A DNA stretch of 62,309 bases, the filler included, from Pirum gemmata (Eukaryota): the NCBI GenBank assembly GCA_002812295.1. It is 16 parts of 16 records of this genome, joined end to end, with 100 filler letters (N's around TTAATTAATTAA, not from the genome) between each part and the next. Parts side by side here need not be neighbours in the genome. Positions count along the whole stretch, not along the records: positions 8,503 to 14,574 come from PDIN01003008.1; positions 14,675 to 17,901 come from PDIN01003010.1; positions 18,002 to 21,274 come from PDIN01003011.1; positions 21,375 to 24,621 come from PDIN01003012.1; positions 24,722 to 27,963 come from PDIN01003013.1; 11 more parts are not named here. One strand, 5' to 3'. Shown piece after piece: positions 12,337 to 24,874 of the stretch. The notes below the pieces were generated by a model, which was not told the DNA's origin, made no database searches, and saw nothing but the letters and a program-made list of their open reading frames with translations. A program made the translations under genes and the position numbers. Position 1 is the stretch's first letter; each line of letters opens with the position of its first letter.

Positions 12337-12642
12337 AAACCTCTGGCTCTATTATAGTGACTGGCACTATAATAATAATAATAACGAAGCAGCGCTGCAA
12401 TGGATTTATTTATCTTATTAAATAATAATAACCAATCCTCTGGCTCTATCATAGCAACTGATACTATTTTAAAAACAAAACACTCAAAAACGGCAGTGCC
12501 TACATAATAACCCACAACGGTTCTATTGTAATAAACATTACGCAAGGCAATTAGTAAAAGGACTTTGAGATCTTTGTGCCCTATATGAAATAAAATAAAA
12601 TAAATAATATATCATTTGCAAAAACCATACTATTTTTCTAAT

Positions 12643-13270
12643 ATGGTAAATGAAAACTAAGCTCAAGCAACTTCCAAATGGAACGGCCTATTGTTACCAA
12701 ATAAGCAAAAACTGTCCGAAAGTAAGTATAACAATGGGGTTATAAGAATGCAAGCAAACGTTAACGTTAACAAAACAATTTAAAAAATTTCCTTATCATT
12801 CCTAACACAAATGCTGAAACCCCATCTCCCAGAGACGAAACTATGAAAGACTGACTCTGGGACAACTTCATTAACAATATAAACGACGCTATGTTCTTTC
12901 TCGTAAGAATGTCCCCGCAAGAAAGATAAAGACGACGACCGCCCACCTATGGAAGAACATCAACGATCACTTCAACACAAAAGCAAAAGCACATGTACAA
13001 ATTCTAACTTTAGTTAGAAAACGAAATCTGTGCAATTAGACCTGAAAAAGGTGAGAGCATAATAAAGTATGTAGACAGATTAAAATTTCTTTACAATGAA
13101 CTTGAGGAACAAGACGGTAATGACGGTCACATCACCGGAAAATCACAAAACTATTAGATAGCGTTCCGAACGCTGAACCATGGTACACCTTCAAAATTAA
13201 AACCGTCACAAAACAGACCCTAAACGAAGCCAAATCATTTGGTGATATTGTTGAACAAAATTTAATGAAA
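12643..13270 (+). mobile_element. Decayed Ty1/copia-type gag (UBN2/Retrotran_gag_2-like)
   Basis: Fragments KLSESKYNNGVIRM, TAHLWKNINDHFNTKAK, LENEICAIRPEKGESIIKYVDRLKFLYNELEEQ, KITKLLDSVPNAEPWYTFK separated by stops and frameshifts. Confidence 0.7.
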
Positions 13271-13470
13271 CAATTGGAAATTGCTGGAAAATGCTTCATG
13301 AAAGAACAAGAAGATCTTGAGCTTGGAATAAAAATAAATTATGACGACTATACCAACTATGACGACTACGACGACTTACCCGAATTAGATTCACCCACTA
13401 ATTCTGATTTTATGTTGCAAACGTTGGCTACTGCTTCAGACATCACATATACCCTTTCTAATGCCACTTA

Positions 13471-13584
13471 CGTATCATAACAAAAAAGGATACTAAAAAC
13501 ATTAAAAAAAGCACGTGAAAGCTTCTAAGCTTTGAGGTGCTTTTTTTAATGTTAATGTTTAAGAAAACTTTTTGTTATGATACG
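13471..13584. repeat. 114-bp nested palindrome (mini-MITE or hairpin)
   Basis: cgtatcataacaaaaa/tttttgttatgatacg outer arms; aacattaaaaaaagcac/gtgctttttttaatgtt inner arms. Confidence 0.75.
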
Positions 13585-13627
13585 GTCCATCCGTTAGACA
13601 GTAGTAGTAGTAGCAATATTGATATAA

Positions 13628-13678
<51 letters not shown>

Positions 13679-13681
13679 CAA

Positions 13682-13713
<32 letters not shown>

Positions 13714-13752
13714 TAATAGTAGTAGTAGTAGTAATAGTAGTAGTAGTAGTAA

Positions 13753-13793
<41 letters not shown>

Positions 13794-14542
13794 ATAGTAG
13801 AAGAAGAAGTGGTAGTAATGGTAGTAGTGGTAGTAATAGTACTACTATTACTACTAGCTAGCTAATATCATAGTACTAGTCTATTTGCTGCTTCTGTTAT
13901 TGCTGTTGTTATTATTATTGTTATTATTATTATTATTGTTATTGTTATTATTATTGTTATTGTTATTGTTATTGTTATTGTTATTGTTATAATATTGTTA
14001 TAATATTGTTATTGTTATTAATTGTTATTGTTATTGTTATTGTTATTGTTATTGTTATTGTTATTGTTATTGTTATAGTTGTACCAGGGTATAAGTAGTG
14101 CCGGGAGTATTATCTGAGGGGAATTCGTCTAGCTAGTAGTATGACACTCATAGGGTAATTCGTCTAAATCGTCTACGCTCTGCTCTGCACCAGAGAGAAA
14201 AAACTATTATACTTGAGTCTGCAGAGTCAGTAGCACAGAGGACCTCGTCTGAATATAATATTATGGGCTCTTTTACCATCCATAGTATTAGTAGGAAGTT
14301 TTTGGGATTTCTTTTTGGTTTTTGATTGGATTCTTAATTTTCGTTCTCTCATTAGTTGTTTTTGCCAATAAAAACAAGCCAAGTTGTTTTGAAAGTTGAA
14401 AGGGTTGGCCAATATTAAGATTTTATAGAATAGGTAGCCTACACTATTATTATGCTAGCACTATACTGGGTAGGTATTATTACTAGGTAACTAACCACAA
14501 GACTAAACAGACCAAAGTCTATTCAAAGTCTACTAAACGTTA

Positions 14543-14574
<32 letters not shown>

Positions 14575-15094
14575 NNNNNNNNNNNNNNNNNNNNNNNNNN
14601 NNNNNNNNNNNNNNNNNNTTAATTAATTAANNNNNNNNNNNNNNNNNNNNNNNNNNNNNNNNNNNNNNNNNNNNAATAATAATAATAATCTTACTAACCG
14701 GTTGTCAAATCTACATAAGATTATTCCCGCCGCAATCCTTGTGTTACCAGAAAATGGTATGAGTTGGTTTGATTTTCAAACCAAATGAAAGGTACAAAAT
14801 TATGGTGAATTAGTTCGATTTTCCGAGCTCAAAAAGCTTTTTTATCAAATGACGTCATAATTACGTTTATCGTATAAATAAAACCTATATTTGGGTGTGT
14901 GTATACTAAAAAAGCATTTCTTTCAAACTCTATAAATATTAAAATATTAAATATTTTTAAATTTGGTATCATTTTGTACTTTTTTGGAAAAAATAAAAAA
15001 ACCCAGAAATGTTAATACCATATTAAACTATATTACTAAATAAACTCCGCCGTTGCTAGGGGGTAGTTGAGGGGAGCCGAGGCGATGTCGATCG

Positions 15095-15133
<39 letters not shown>

Positions 15134-15622
15134 AAAAAACTATTTAAAAAATTTTTTTTTTTTTTTTTTTTTCAAGTCTCAGGTTTTTATGTTGCGCACG
15201 AATTTCTCGCAAAATAAAAAACTTATAAAAAATAGGAACGTAAACACAAGCAACCCCATACGTACTGGTATCTAAAGAAACTACATAACAAACCAACCCT
15301 ACTCTACTAATACAATAATAGTTAATTATGATTATAATTAACAATAAAGGGTAATTATCCTTAAGTGCTTTCAGTTTTTTACAAAAAATGACGGAGTGAT
15401 TTCACCCCCCTCCTAAATGGTAGTTTACCAATCAAAAATGAATAAAGTCAACTGGTAGGTATTTTTAGTCTAGTATTTTTATCATAGTGTATTTTTAGAC
15501 TGGGAGAGATCTTTATGACGTAGACTGTTTATTGGTTGAGAGGGTAAAATAATGACTAAATAATGATAGGGTATAATAATACATAAATTTGTATTGTTTA
15601 AAGGTTAATTAAGTATGTTATT

Positions 15623-15662
<40 letters not shown>

Positions 15663-17231
15663 CTTTTTTTNAACATTTAAAAGCAGAATGTTGCCCTTAC
15701 AGGTAGATATGAACTGGTGTAACCCATTTTTTGAGACGATATTTGCAAAAGAAACTAAAAAGAATAACTAAATTTCCTATAAATGTATAAATTTACCAAA
15801 TATAGATATCTGATTACTTTTAAGAGTCAATTGATTTTTTAAAAAACTCATAAACCAACACAATGATGATTGCTTAAACATTAAACAGATAATTAACCAC
15901 TTGACCTTTTTGAATAATTTTTTCACCAATATGTTCGCAATGTTAATTTATCATATTTATTTTAAAAGCTCATTAAAGAAAAGTTAGTTTGCGCAAAAGA
16001 AAAAATCAGCCGAAATTTATATATTACAAAAAAAAACAAATAGAAAATACTTCGAAGATAACGGGAGGATTATTTCGAATAAATTATTTAATTCTATTGG
16101 ACGGGAAAATGTGCGCAAATATTATAAGAAATTTTTAATTAGTAGATTTCGCAATTTTTAATAGTAAAAAATCCAAAAAAACCTCTGCTGATATAAAACT
16201 CGAATATTGCGGTGAAATTCGAGAAATTATTCCAGATTCGAAAAGTTATATATTCTCAAGCTTCATAATTCCTAAATACGTTCGAAAATTTCAAAATGTT
16301 TGATTTATTCAAAACCCGCAAAGTTAGAGATTTAGTTCTGTTTTTAAAAAACTAGAAGTTGTGGATTTTGTATTAGCTACAATATGAAAAACTTTGTAAC
16401 TTTTAAAATAACCAAAAAACAAAATACAAAAAACAAAACAACAAAAATACAAAAAACAAAACAACAACAACAAAATAAACAAACCCCTCCCCCCCAAAAA
16501 AAGACGTAAATTTCTATTTTATGATTTATTTTTTTTTTTTTTTTCAATTTTTTTATTTTTAAAATTTGAAAAAGACGACGTCAATTTGTAATTTGTAAAA
16601 ACTTCATGGTTGATAGTTTAGTGAAACAAACATGAACCCAAAAAAAATATCTAATAAGAGAAATAATATCCAAATATAGCAAAAAGTTAACTTAATTTAG
16701 GAACTTTCAGTCATTCAAATTTAACTTCATTCGGACCCATTCAGAGCCATTCAAGACACTGTAAAGAAGTTTGAAAAAAATTTGGAAAGCTCGACGTGGC
16801 TTTTCGATATTCAAATAAGCTCGATCGATTCATTCCATCTGCTAAAAAAAAAAAGAATGATGTCACAGCTGAATACTCTTAATTTTATCACTCTTGACAA
16901 AAATAAACAATAAAATACATACAAGAAGCAAAGCAAAGCAAAACAAAACAAAACAAAAAACAAAACTACCAGGTACACAAAAAAAACCAGAAATCAAAAT
17001 CAAAACACTGAAACACACAACACACACACACACACTAACTAAGCAAAAAACAAAAAAAACAAAACCAAAACACACAAAAAAACCAAAACACACAAAATAC
17101 AAACAAACAACAAACAAACAAAAAAAAAAAAATAGAAAAATTAATAAATTAGAAAAAAAAAACGAAACAATAATACACACACAAACCCTGAAGAATAAAA
17201 AATAAAAAAAACTTGACTACTAGACTACTAC

Positions 17232-17901
17232 GGCCCAGTAGTCTCTACTAAAGCTGATTAGAGTATCAATAACTAAAATAATTTAACGTTAGTTAACGAT
17301 TTTTTTTACTAACTGGTTAGTGCATCGCTAGCCATTTTTACAACGCACTGACCTCAGGTAGTAAAAAAAAGAGTTTGCTAACGTTAGTTAGTGCATTTTT
17401 ACTAATTAATTTTTTTTGACTGACCACAGTTTTTTTTTGATCGATTTTTTTTCAGTTCGAACATGTTACTTTTTTATATGAGATCTCAGAGGGCATTGCG
17501 ATAAAAGTGTGTTTTTTTGCGATAGATGTCACTGGGATGTGAGATAGAATGCAAAACAGTGCACTAACCAGTGGTTAGTTAACTCTTTTTAATTAGTAAN
17601 TTGTAAAATCACTTAAAAAGTGCCACTAACCAGTGCGCAGTAAAATTGCGAGTTTTTTCTTGAAATTTTTATTAATTGATTAATGACGTCATACGTATCT
17701 CTCAAAAATATTTTTATTTGCGCCAAAAAATTAAAAATTGGCAAGGGGGACTAGAAACTACGTCGCATATTCATACTTGAGAGGAGCTTGTGATGACGTA
17801 AAAATGCACTAACTAACGTTAGTTTACTCTTTTTTTTATAACTGTGGTCAATGCATTGTAAAAAACACTCGATTTTTTTTTACGAAGCACTAACCACAGT
17901 T
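17232..17901. repeat. Repeat element with GCACTAAC-like motifs in both orientations; segment 17383-17482 also at 4283-4382
   Basis: At least 6 gttagtgc/gcactaac motifs; ~100-bp near-identity to the end of scaffold 1. Confidence 0.6.
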
Positions 17902-18001
17902 NNNNNNNNNNNNNNNNNNNNNNNNNNNNNNNNNNNNNNNNNNNNTTAATTAATTAANNNNNNNNNNNNNNNNNNNNNNNNNNNNNNNNNNNNNNNNNNN
18001 N

Positions 18002-19304
18002 AATATTAATAATTATAGTTCATTATTAATTTATGATTATTACATATATAATTAATTAATTTATTAATATTATTTTATCAGTTATATTCTAGTCTAGATC
18101 TTATTTCAAAACACCAAAAAATGGTTTAACGTTATAATATCATTTACAATTCTATATTATTATTAATAGTAGCAATCAAAATTTGTATCTGAGTACATCT
18201 TTATGTTTTCGATTCATATTCATATTATACAACTACTTTTTCAAAAATAATTAATTCCTCATCCTTATTTAGTAAAGTAGCTTTTTTGTTAGTTAAATTT
18301 GTAATCGTAGACTTTTTCATACCCAATTCTTTGCTTTTCGAGTTAATTTTTTCTTTGAGGGTGCTAACTTCAAATTTTGATTACTATTATTAGTGGTATT
18401 ATTATTAGTATTAATTTACACTATATCATTCATTATTTACGATTAGCATATTTATATAATTTATTTCTAATTTATTATTATTTTATTTTATCAGTTATAT
18501 TCTAGTCTAGATTTCAAAACACCAAAAAATGGATAACACAATTCTGTATTATTATTAATAGTAGCAATCAAGTTTTGTAACTGAGTACATCTTTATATTT
18601 TCGATTCATATTCATATTATACAAATACTTTTTCAAAAAATATTAATTTTTCATCCTTATTTAGCAAAGTAGCTTTTTCGTTATTTAAATTTGTAATCGT
18701 AGACTTTTTCATATACCTAATTCTTTGTTTTTCGAGTTAATTTTTTCTTAAAGGTGTTTAAGTTCTATGACGTATGATTGATTACTATTATTAGTGGTAT
18801 TATTATTAGTATTAATTTACACCATATACCATTCATTATTTATGATTATCATATTTATATAATTTATTTATTATTTATTATTATTTTATTTTATCAGTCT
18901 AGTCTAGATCTTATTTCAAAACACCAAAAAATGGTTAACACAATTCTATATTATTATTAATAGTAGCAATCAAATCTTGTAACTGTGTACATTCATATTA
19001 GAAACTACTTTTTCAAAAATAATCCATTCTTCATCCTTATTAAGTAAAGTAACTTTTTTGTTAATTAAATTGTAATCGCAGACTCTTTCATACCCAATTA
19101 TTATTAGTAGGGTGCTAACTTCAATGACGTAGAATTAATAATATTATTATTTTGATTACTATTATCAATGGTATTATTATTAGTATTAATTCACACTGGA
19201 TCATTCTGTATTTATGATTATTATTAATTTATTATTTATTAGTATTATATATATATCTAAATCTTATTTCAAAATACCAAAAAATGGTTAAGTTATAATA
19301 TTAT
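18002..19304 (-). pseudogene. Three decayed ~400-bp tandem copies of the 3' CDS end plus 3' flank of the adjacent coiled-coil gene
   Basis: caattct.tatta.tattaatagtagcaatcaa...agtaaagtagctttt...gagttaattttttctt repeated at ~18146, ~18539, ~18941 and in the gene at 19308. Confidence 0.85.
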
Positions 19305-21157
19305 TTACAATTCTATATTACTATTAATAGTAGCAATCAAATTTTGTAACTGAGTGCATTGTCCTTGGAGAGATTCAATCATACCATCCTTTTGTCTTAA
19401 CTCATCTTTATGTTTTCGATTCATATTATTTAACTGCTTTTTCAAATTAAGTAATTCCTCATCTTTACTTAGTAAAGTAGCTTTTTCGTTAGTTAAATTT
19501 GTAATTGTAGACTCTTTCATACTCAGTTCTTTGTTTTTCGAGTTAATTTTTTCTTTGAGAGTGTTAACTTCAATAACATAATCTTCCAATCGACCTTTCA
19601 TTAAATGTCGGTTAGTTTTCCAAGATTGCAAAACTGCTAAACTATTTGCAATATGAGTTTCTAGTTTTTCACATCTTAAATTTACTTCATGTACTTCTTT
19701 TCTTAACATTTCATTTTCAAATACAATTTTGTTTTGATCTTCTTCAGAAAGAGGTTTGGTTGTAGTAAGTTGTTTATGCTGAATGTCATTGTTAAAGATA
19801 CCGTTGACTACACAAGTACTACTAAGAACTTTAGTTTTAGCAGTAGTTTGACGATTAGTATTATTATTACCTTTTGATTCCATGAAGAAATCATATAAAG
19901 GAATAGGTACAGAACTTGAAGAATGATTTAGCAAACTATTACTAATGTTGTTATTGTTATTATTATTGGTATAACATTTTCTTAAAGTATTAGCATGTTT
20001 TGTAGATGATAAGGATGCATATGAATTATTACTTTTACACGAAACACTACGAAGTATTCTACTTTGCGCACCGTTATCAGCATAAATGGCTTCCTCCTCA
20101 ATATGTGCATTTGATAAAAGTTCCAAGACCGGCTGGACTTCTTTTTCATCGTTATTGTCATTGAAAAAATTCATTACTAAAGAATCAACCACAGCTTCAT
20201 TATCAATATCCTCATACTCGTAATTTTTATCAACTGCTTTACAACTTCTAGATTTGAAGATTGACACTTCATTATGTGCAAGTCCTGCGACATTTTCTTT
20301 CGGTTTCGAATTCACTGTATTAAAATTTTTATTTCTGCTCGGTTCGTAAGTGGAAATAGCTCTTCGAATACTACCGGGCTTTCTTTTCATTGGTAATAGG
20401 GAAGGGGAACTTGGATTAGTAATTGGCGTCGGTGGTGGTGTTGTTGTTGTTGGTGTTGTTGGTGTTGTTGTTGCTGGTGTTGTTGGTGTTGTTGTTGCTG
20501 GTGTTGTTGTTGCTGGTGTTGTTGTTGTTGGTTTAGTAGATTCTTTTACTAAACCATGTTCATCTAAATTGTTTTTTTGGGTTTCTTTTTCTTTTGAAAT
20601 TGCATCAAAAAGTTGTTGGGCTGGAGGTCCTCCTTTGTATTTCGTGTCAATGCTATTATTATTACTGTTCTCTGAAGCATTAAGTTGATTTTTTTCATCT
20701 TCTGGAGTTTGTTCTAATAACACCAACTCATTCTTCAACTTGCTTTTTGCGGGTTTCTTTTTATTGCGTCCATGGCTTCCCATTCTCATTAAATTGCTGA
20801 ATGTACTAGTTCTTTTTCTTAAGCTAGTATTAATACTAATGTCAGTAGCAGCAGCAATGGTAGTAGTAGTAGTTGTTGTTGTAGGGGTAGGGGTAGGGGT
20901 AGGAGTTTTTAAGCTTGTTTGTGTTTTAGATTTGGTTTCATCACCACTGTTAATATCGTCACTTTCCATAACACGATTGTACTTAACAGGTTTATGGATG
21001 TCAAGTTCACTTTTTGGTATTGTTTTTCCTTTTGTGTTACTTTTATTAGGTGCAAAATCGTCGGAACCAAACCCACCGTATTTTGTTTTGTTTTCTGGGT
21101 TAATTTTTTTACCACCTCTAAAAATTTGTGATGGCTTCTTTTTCAGTTTTCTAGGGA

Positions 21158-21221
<64 letters not shown>

Positions 21222-21274
21222 GTTATTGTTAGGTTTTTCTTCAGCTGCTGCTGCTGCTGCTGCGTCTTTTTCAC
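19305..21274 (-). CDS. Low-complexity (Asn/Thr/Pro) protein with C-terminal coiled coil; 5'-truncated
   Basis: 554-aa ORF from 20969; frame stays open upstream (EEKP-polyN-IPRKLKKKPSQIFRGG...) to the linker; heptad-rich last ~140 aa. Confidence 0.85.
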
Positions 21275-21386
21275 NNNNNNNNNNNNNNNNNNNNNNNNNN
21301 NNNNNNNNNNNNNNNNNNTTAATTAATTAANNNNNNNNNNNNNNNNNNNNNNNNNNNNNNNNNNNNNNNNNNNNTTTTTTTTTCTT

Positions 21387-21417
<31 letters not shown>

Positions 21418-22898
21418 AAAAAAAACGCTCACCTAAATTTAGGTGGCCGTGTTTTTTTCAAGAAAATATCATATCAAATTGATGGAGCCCCTATACTACT
21501 AGCTATGCTAGTAGCTCTAGCTAGCATCATAGTATCAGATTCAGATGGACTATATCAAAATGACTATGATAGCTCTACTACTACTAGCTAGCTCTAGTAG
21601 CTAGTTAGAGGCCATGGTATTTATTAAAAGCTAAAGATTATCTAGCCCTAATTATATTTTATTTTTTTATATGATATCATAGGATATATCATACTCATTC
21701 ATACAATAATAACAAAAGGAGTTCAAGTTTTATTTTTATATAAATAACATACATCATAGAGGGTCTGATAATATAAAATAATATTATGAAATCGATAAAT
21801 TATTTCAACTACTAGCTATCAGATAGCTATCATACTACTACTAGCTAGCTAGTAGCTAATAATACTAGCTAGAGCCATCAGTTAGCTATATTTAACTATG
21901 CGCAGCACATCATATCATAGCTATTATATCATATCTACTCTGCTATCGATACTCTAGCTACAATCTATACTAAGCTAGCTAGGTAGTACTAACTACTAAA
22001 AGCTATTACTAGCTAGCTAGCTAGCCACCATCTATCGATATACAAAATCTGCTAGCTAGCTAGTAGAGGTCCATAGACCCGGGGGGGGGTCTATGATGTA
22101 TCATAGACTACCATGGTATAAAAGCTCTAACTAAAGATTATCTCCCCTAATTATCTTTTTTTATATAGATATCATAGATTCTATCGTGCATAAACGGTGC
22201 ATTCCATTTATTTTGTCACTCCGAATATTTATTTGGAGGGTTATAATCTTTAAATTGACAATTTTAAAAATCAATATACAGATAACAAAATATACCAAAT
22301 TAGATTAAATGAATTTAAATTATATTAATTTGGTACTATTTATTGTATACTTTATAATGACAAAACAACTCTCACATAGTATGTAGACAGCTATGTAGAC
22401 CCGGGTTTATGTAAAAAAAAAATGTAGTCTATGTGATGATTGTGGTCTATCATTGACTTCTATACTACTTCTATCATACGCGTAACAGTCGCGTAACGCA
22501 TTATACCATAATTTATACACATATTTGTAATTTTTTAATATTCATTATATAGACTTAGTATGTATAATAATAAATCTAACACCCGCATTTACGTCGTAAT
22601 AGCTCGAGCTAGATCTAGACTACTATCATACTATAGCTAGCTACCTACAGTAGCTACAGCCTACAGGTAGCTAGCTACTAGTAGCTTAGTATCGATAGTG
22701 TATGATATCGATGGTAGTTTGTTTAGTTAGACCAGCTTAGACCTCTTTAGTTAGACCCAGTTTTGAAATATTTTTTTTTTTAAAAAAAAAATAGTAGTCT
22801 AGCTCTAGCTAGCTAGCTAGTAGTAGCTAGCTCAGTAGAGAGTCTTTGAGACTAACTAGCTAGACTAGCTAGAGTCGATCATTTGCAGGCTTCTCCCT

Positions 22899-23113
22899 GG
22901 CTTCTCCCAATCCTGCTTTGTTAATAAAATCGAATTTTCGAGTCTATGTATTAATTAAATAAGTTCGGACATTTTGAGCTTATAATTAAGTATTCAAATT
23001 TATTTATAACCCCGAAAAAAAAGAAAAAATAATTTTCGAACAGGGCTGAATTTTAGCTTTTTTTTTTCAAGCAGAAATTCGAGTTTTCGGGCTCGAGCAG
23101 AATTGGGAGAGGC
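22899..23113. mobile_element. MITE family D, TIR GGC(T/C)TCTCCCAATTCTGC-like (copies 37671-37893 and diverged ~48087-48380)
   Basis: ggcttctcccaatcctgct ... agcagaattgggagaggc; internal sequence collinear between copies. Confidence 0.8.
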
Positions 23114-24281
23114 TTTTTTAAAAAAAATCATTTTTGTTTTTGTGTTCCAAAACACTTCCAAAACAAGTGGCAACTCCAAGTACACTCCTAGAGCTCTACA
23201 CTCCCTCTACGGTCTACCTGGTTGTAGTCTACTAGCGGCCAACAATCCTCCTCTCCTATTCCTCCAAAATATCCTCCAACCAGGCCTCTTTTTTAGCATT
23301 TTTATTCCTTTTTTAGCTCCTGCACTTTTTTTTTTTTACTCTTTTTTTTTACTAGCTTTTTTTTTTTATCGAAATTTGGTGATGGTCCAACAAATTATTT
23401 TATAGAGTCTAGACTAGTACAGTACTAAGTCTGTCTAGACTACTGTTCAAAAAGCTCAAAAAGTTAGATTATAAGTTCTATATCAAAATTCATAGACTTA
23501 ATAGTAGTGATAGTAGTATCTGGTACTAAGTGACTGAATCAGCTCTAAAGTTCTAAAGTTCTAACTTCTTTAGAAATAATTCTAATTAGGGTAGCTACAA
23601 AACCCCTATATTATGAAGCAAATCAACAAATTAAAAATATAAAAAAAAAAGGAAAACAGGATATAAAAATCATATTATAATATAATCTAATTGCGTAGAT
23701 ATATATTCCTGTATATCATAATATTATATCTCTAGGTATGTATCTAGAGTCTAGACCTACATGTGTAAAGCAGTTCTCTAGTAGTAAATAAAGCACCCAT
23801 AATTGGTATTAATTAGCTAGTATTGATAGGTCAATATATGCATACCGGGTAGTATATGGTTCACGCAACACCACAGGTTGGAGTAGGTTCACGCAATCAT
23901 ATTTTTGTGGTATTTTTTTTTAAAACTTTGCAATCAAAAATTATCAAATATCCATGTCACATTTTAGCGCCGAACAAAGAAAAATGTTTTTCGCTCAAAC
24001 TTCGAATATTAATTGACCATTAATGAGATTAAAAAATAAATATCATAAATTTTAAACTGGTATATATATGACGCAAATAGTAGATAGTAGTAGACTTAGA
24101 GTTAGACTATCGATCAGATTCGATCTTTCAATGTCATATATATAAATATGGAAACACTTCGTCTCTCTACTGAGTCTTGACCACTATGAACGTGTCATAG
24201 CTAGCTAGCTGGATGGTCATTGTCTACTTTCTGAGTCTTTCTCAGCTAGCTAGACTTTCTCAGTGTCTACTTTACTTTCCT

Positions 24282-24338
24282 CGCAGACCTTCTATTGGCG
24301 CAGACCTTCTATTGGTGCAGACCTTCTATTAGCGCAGA
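24282..24338 (+). repeat. 17-bp tandem repeat (gcagaccttctattgg..) x3
   Basis: Direct reading. Confidence 0.8.
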
Positions 24339-24821
24339 GCTAGCTAGCTACTAGCTAGCTACTAGTAGTCCTGATCCTAACTAAATAGTCCTAGCTAGCT
24401 ATCAGATAGTGCTAGCCTAGCTAGTAGTCTAGCTAGGCCTAGCTAATAGTGTATGTCATAGTCCTAGCTAGTCCTAGGTAGCTAGCTAGCTAGACAGGTT
24501 GGCCTACCTCTTCTGTGGAGGATTGGTCAATGATCACTAGCTAGGTGAAGTCCCTCAAGTAGAAACCTAATTTAGACAGCATAATAATAATACTGGTAAT
24601 AATAATAATAATAATAATAATNNNNNNNNNNNNNNNNNNNNNNNNNNNNNNNNNNNNNNNNNNNNTTAATTAATTAANNNNNNNNNNNNNNNNNNNNNNN
24701 NNNNNNNNNNNNNNNNNNNNNGCTTATTGCGACTTTTATTAAAGAGGATGCCGAGTATCAGGTAAATATTAGTAGCCACAGTAGAAAGAAACTAATTTCC
24801 ACATTTATCATCAGTGATGAT

Positions 24822-24856
<35 letters not shown>

Positions 24857-24874
24857 GTAACATTAATTGATTAA

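Noticed and set aside
24722..24825. Exact 104-bp copy of RGS coding sequence 25537-25640 at the scaffold start
   Set aside because: Perfect identity, read-length size and position at a scaffold edge next to a microsatellite point to an assembly artefact
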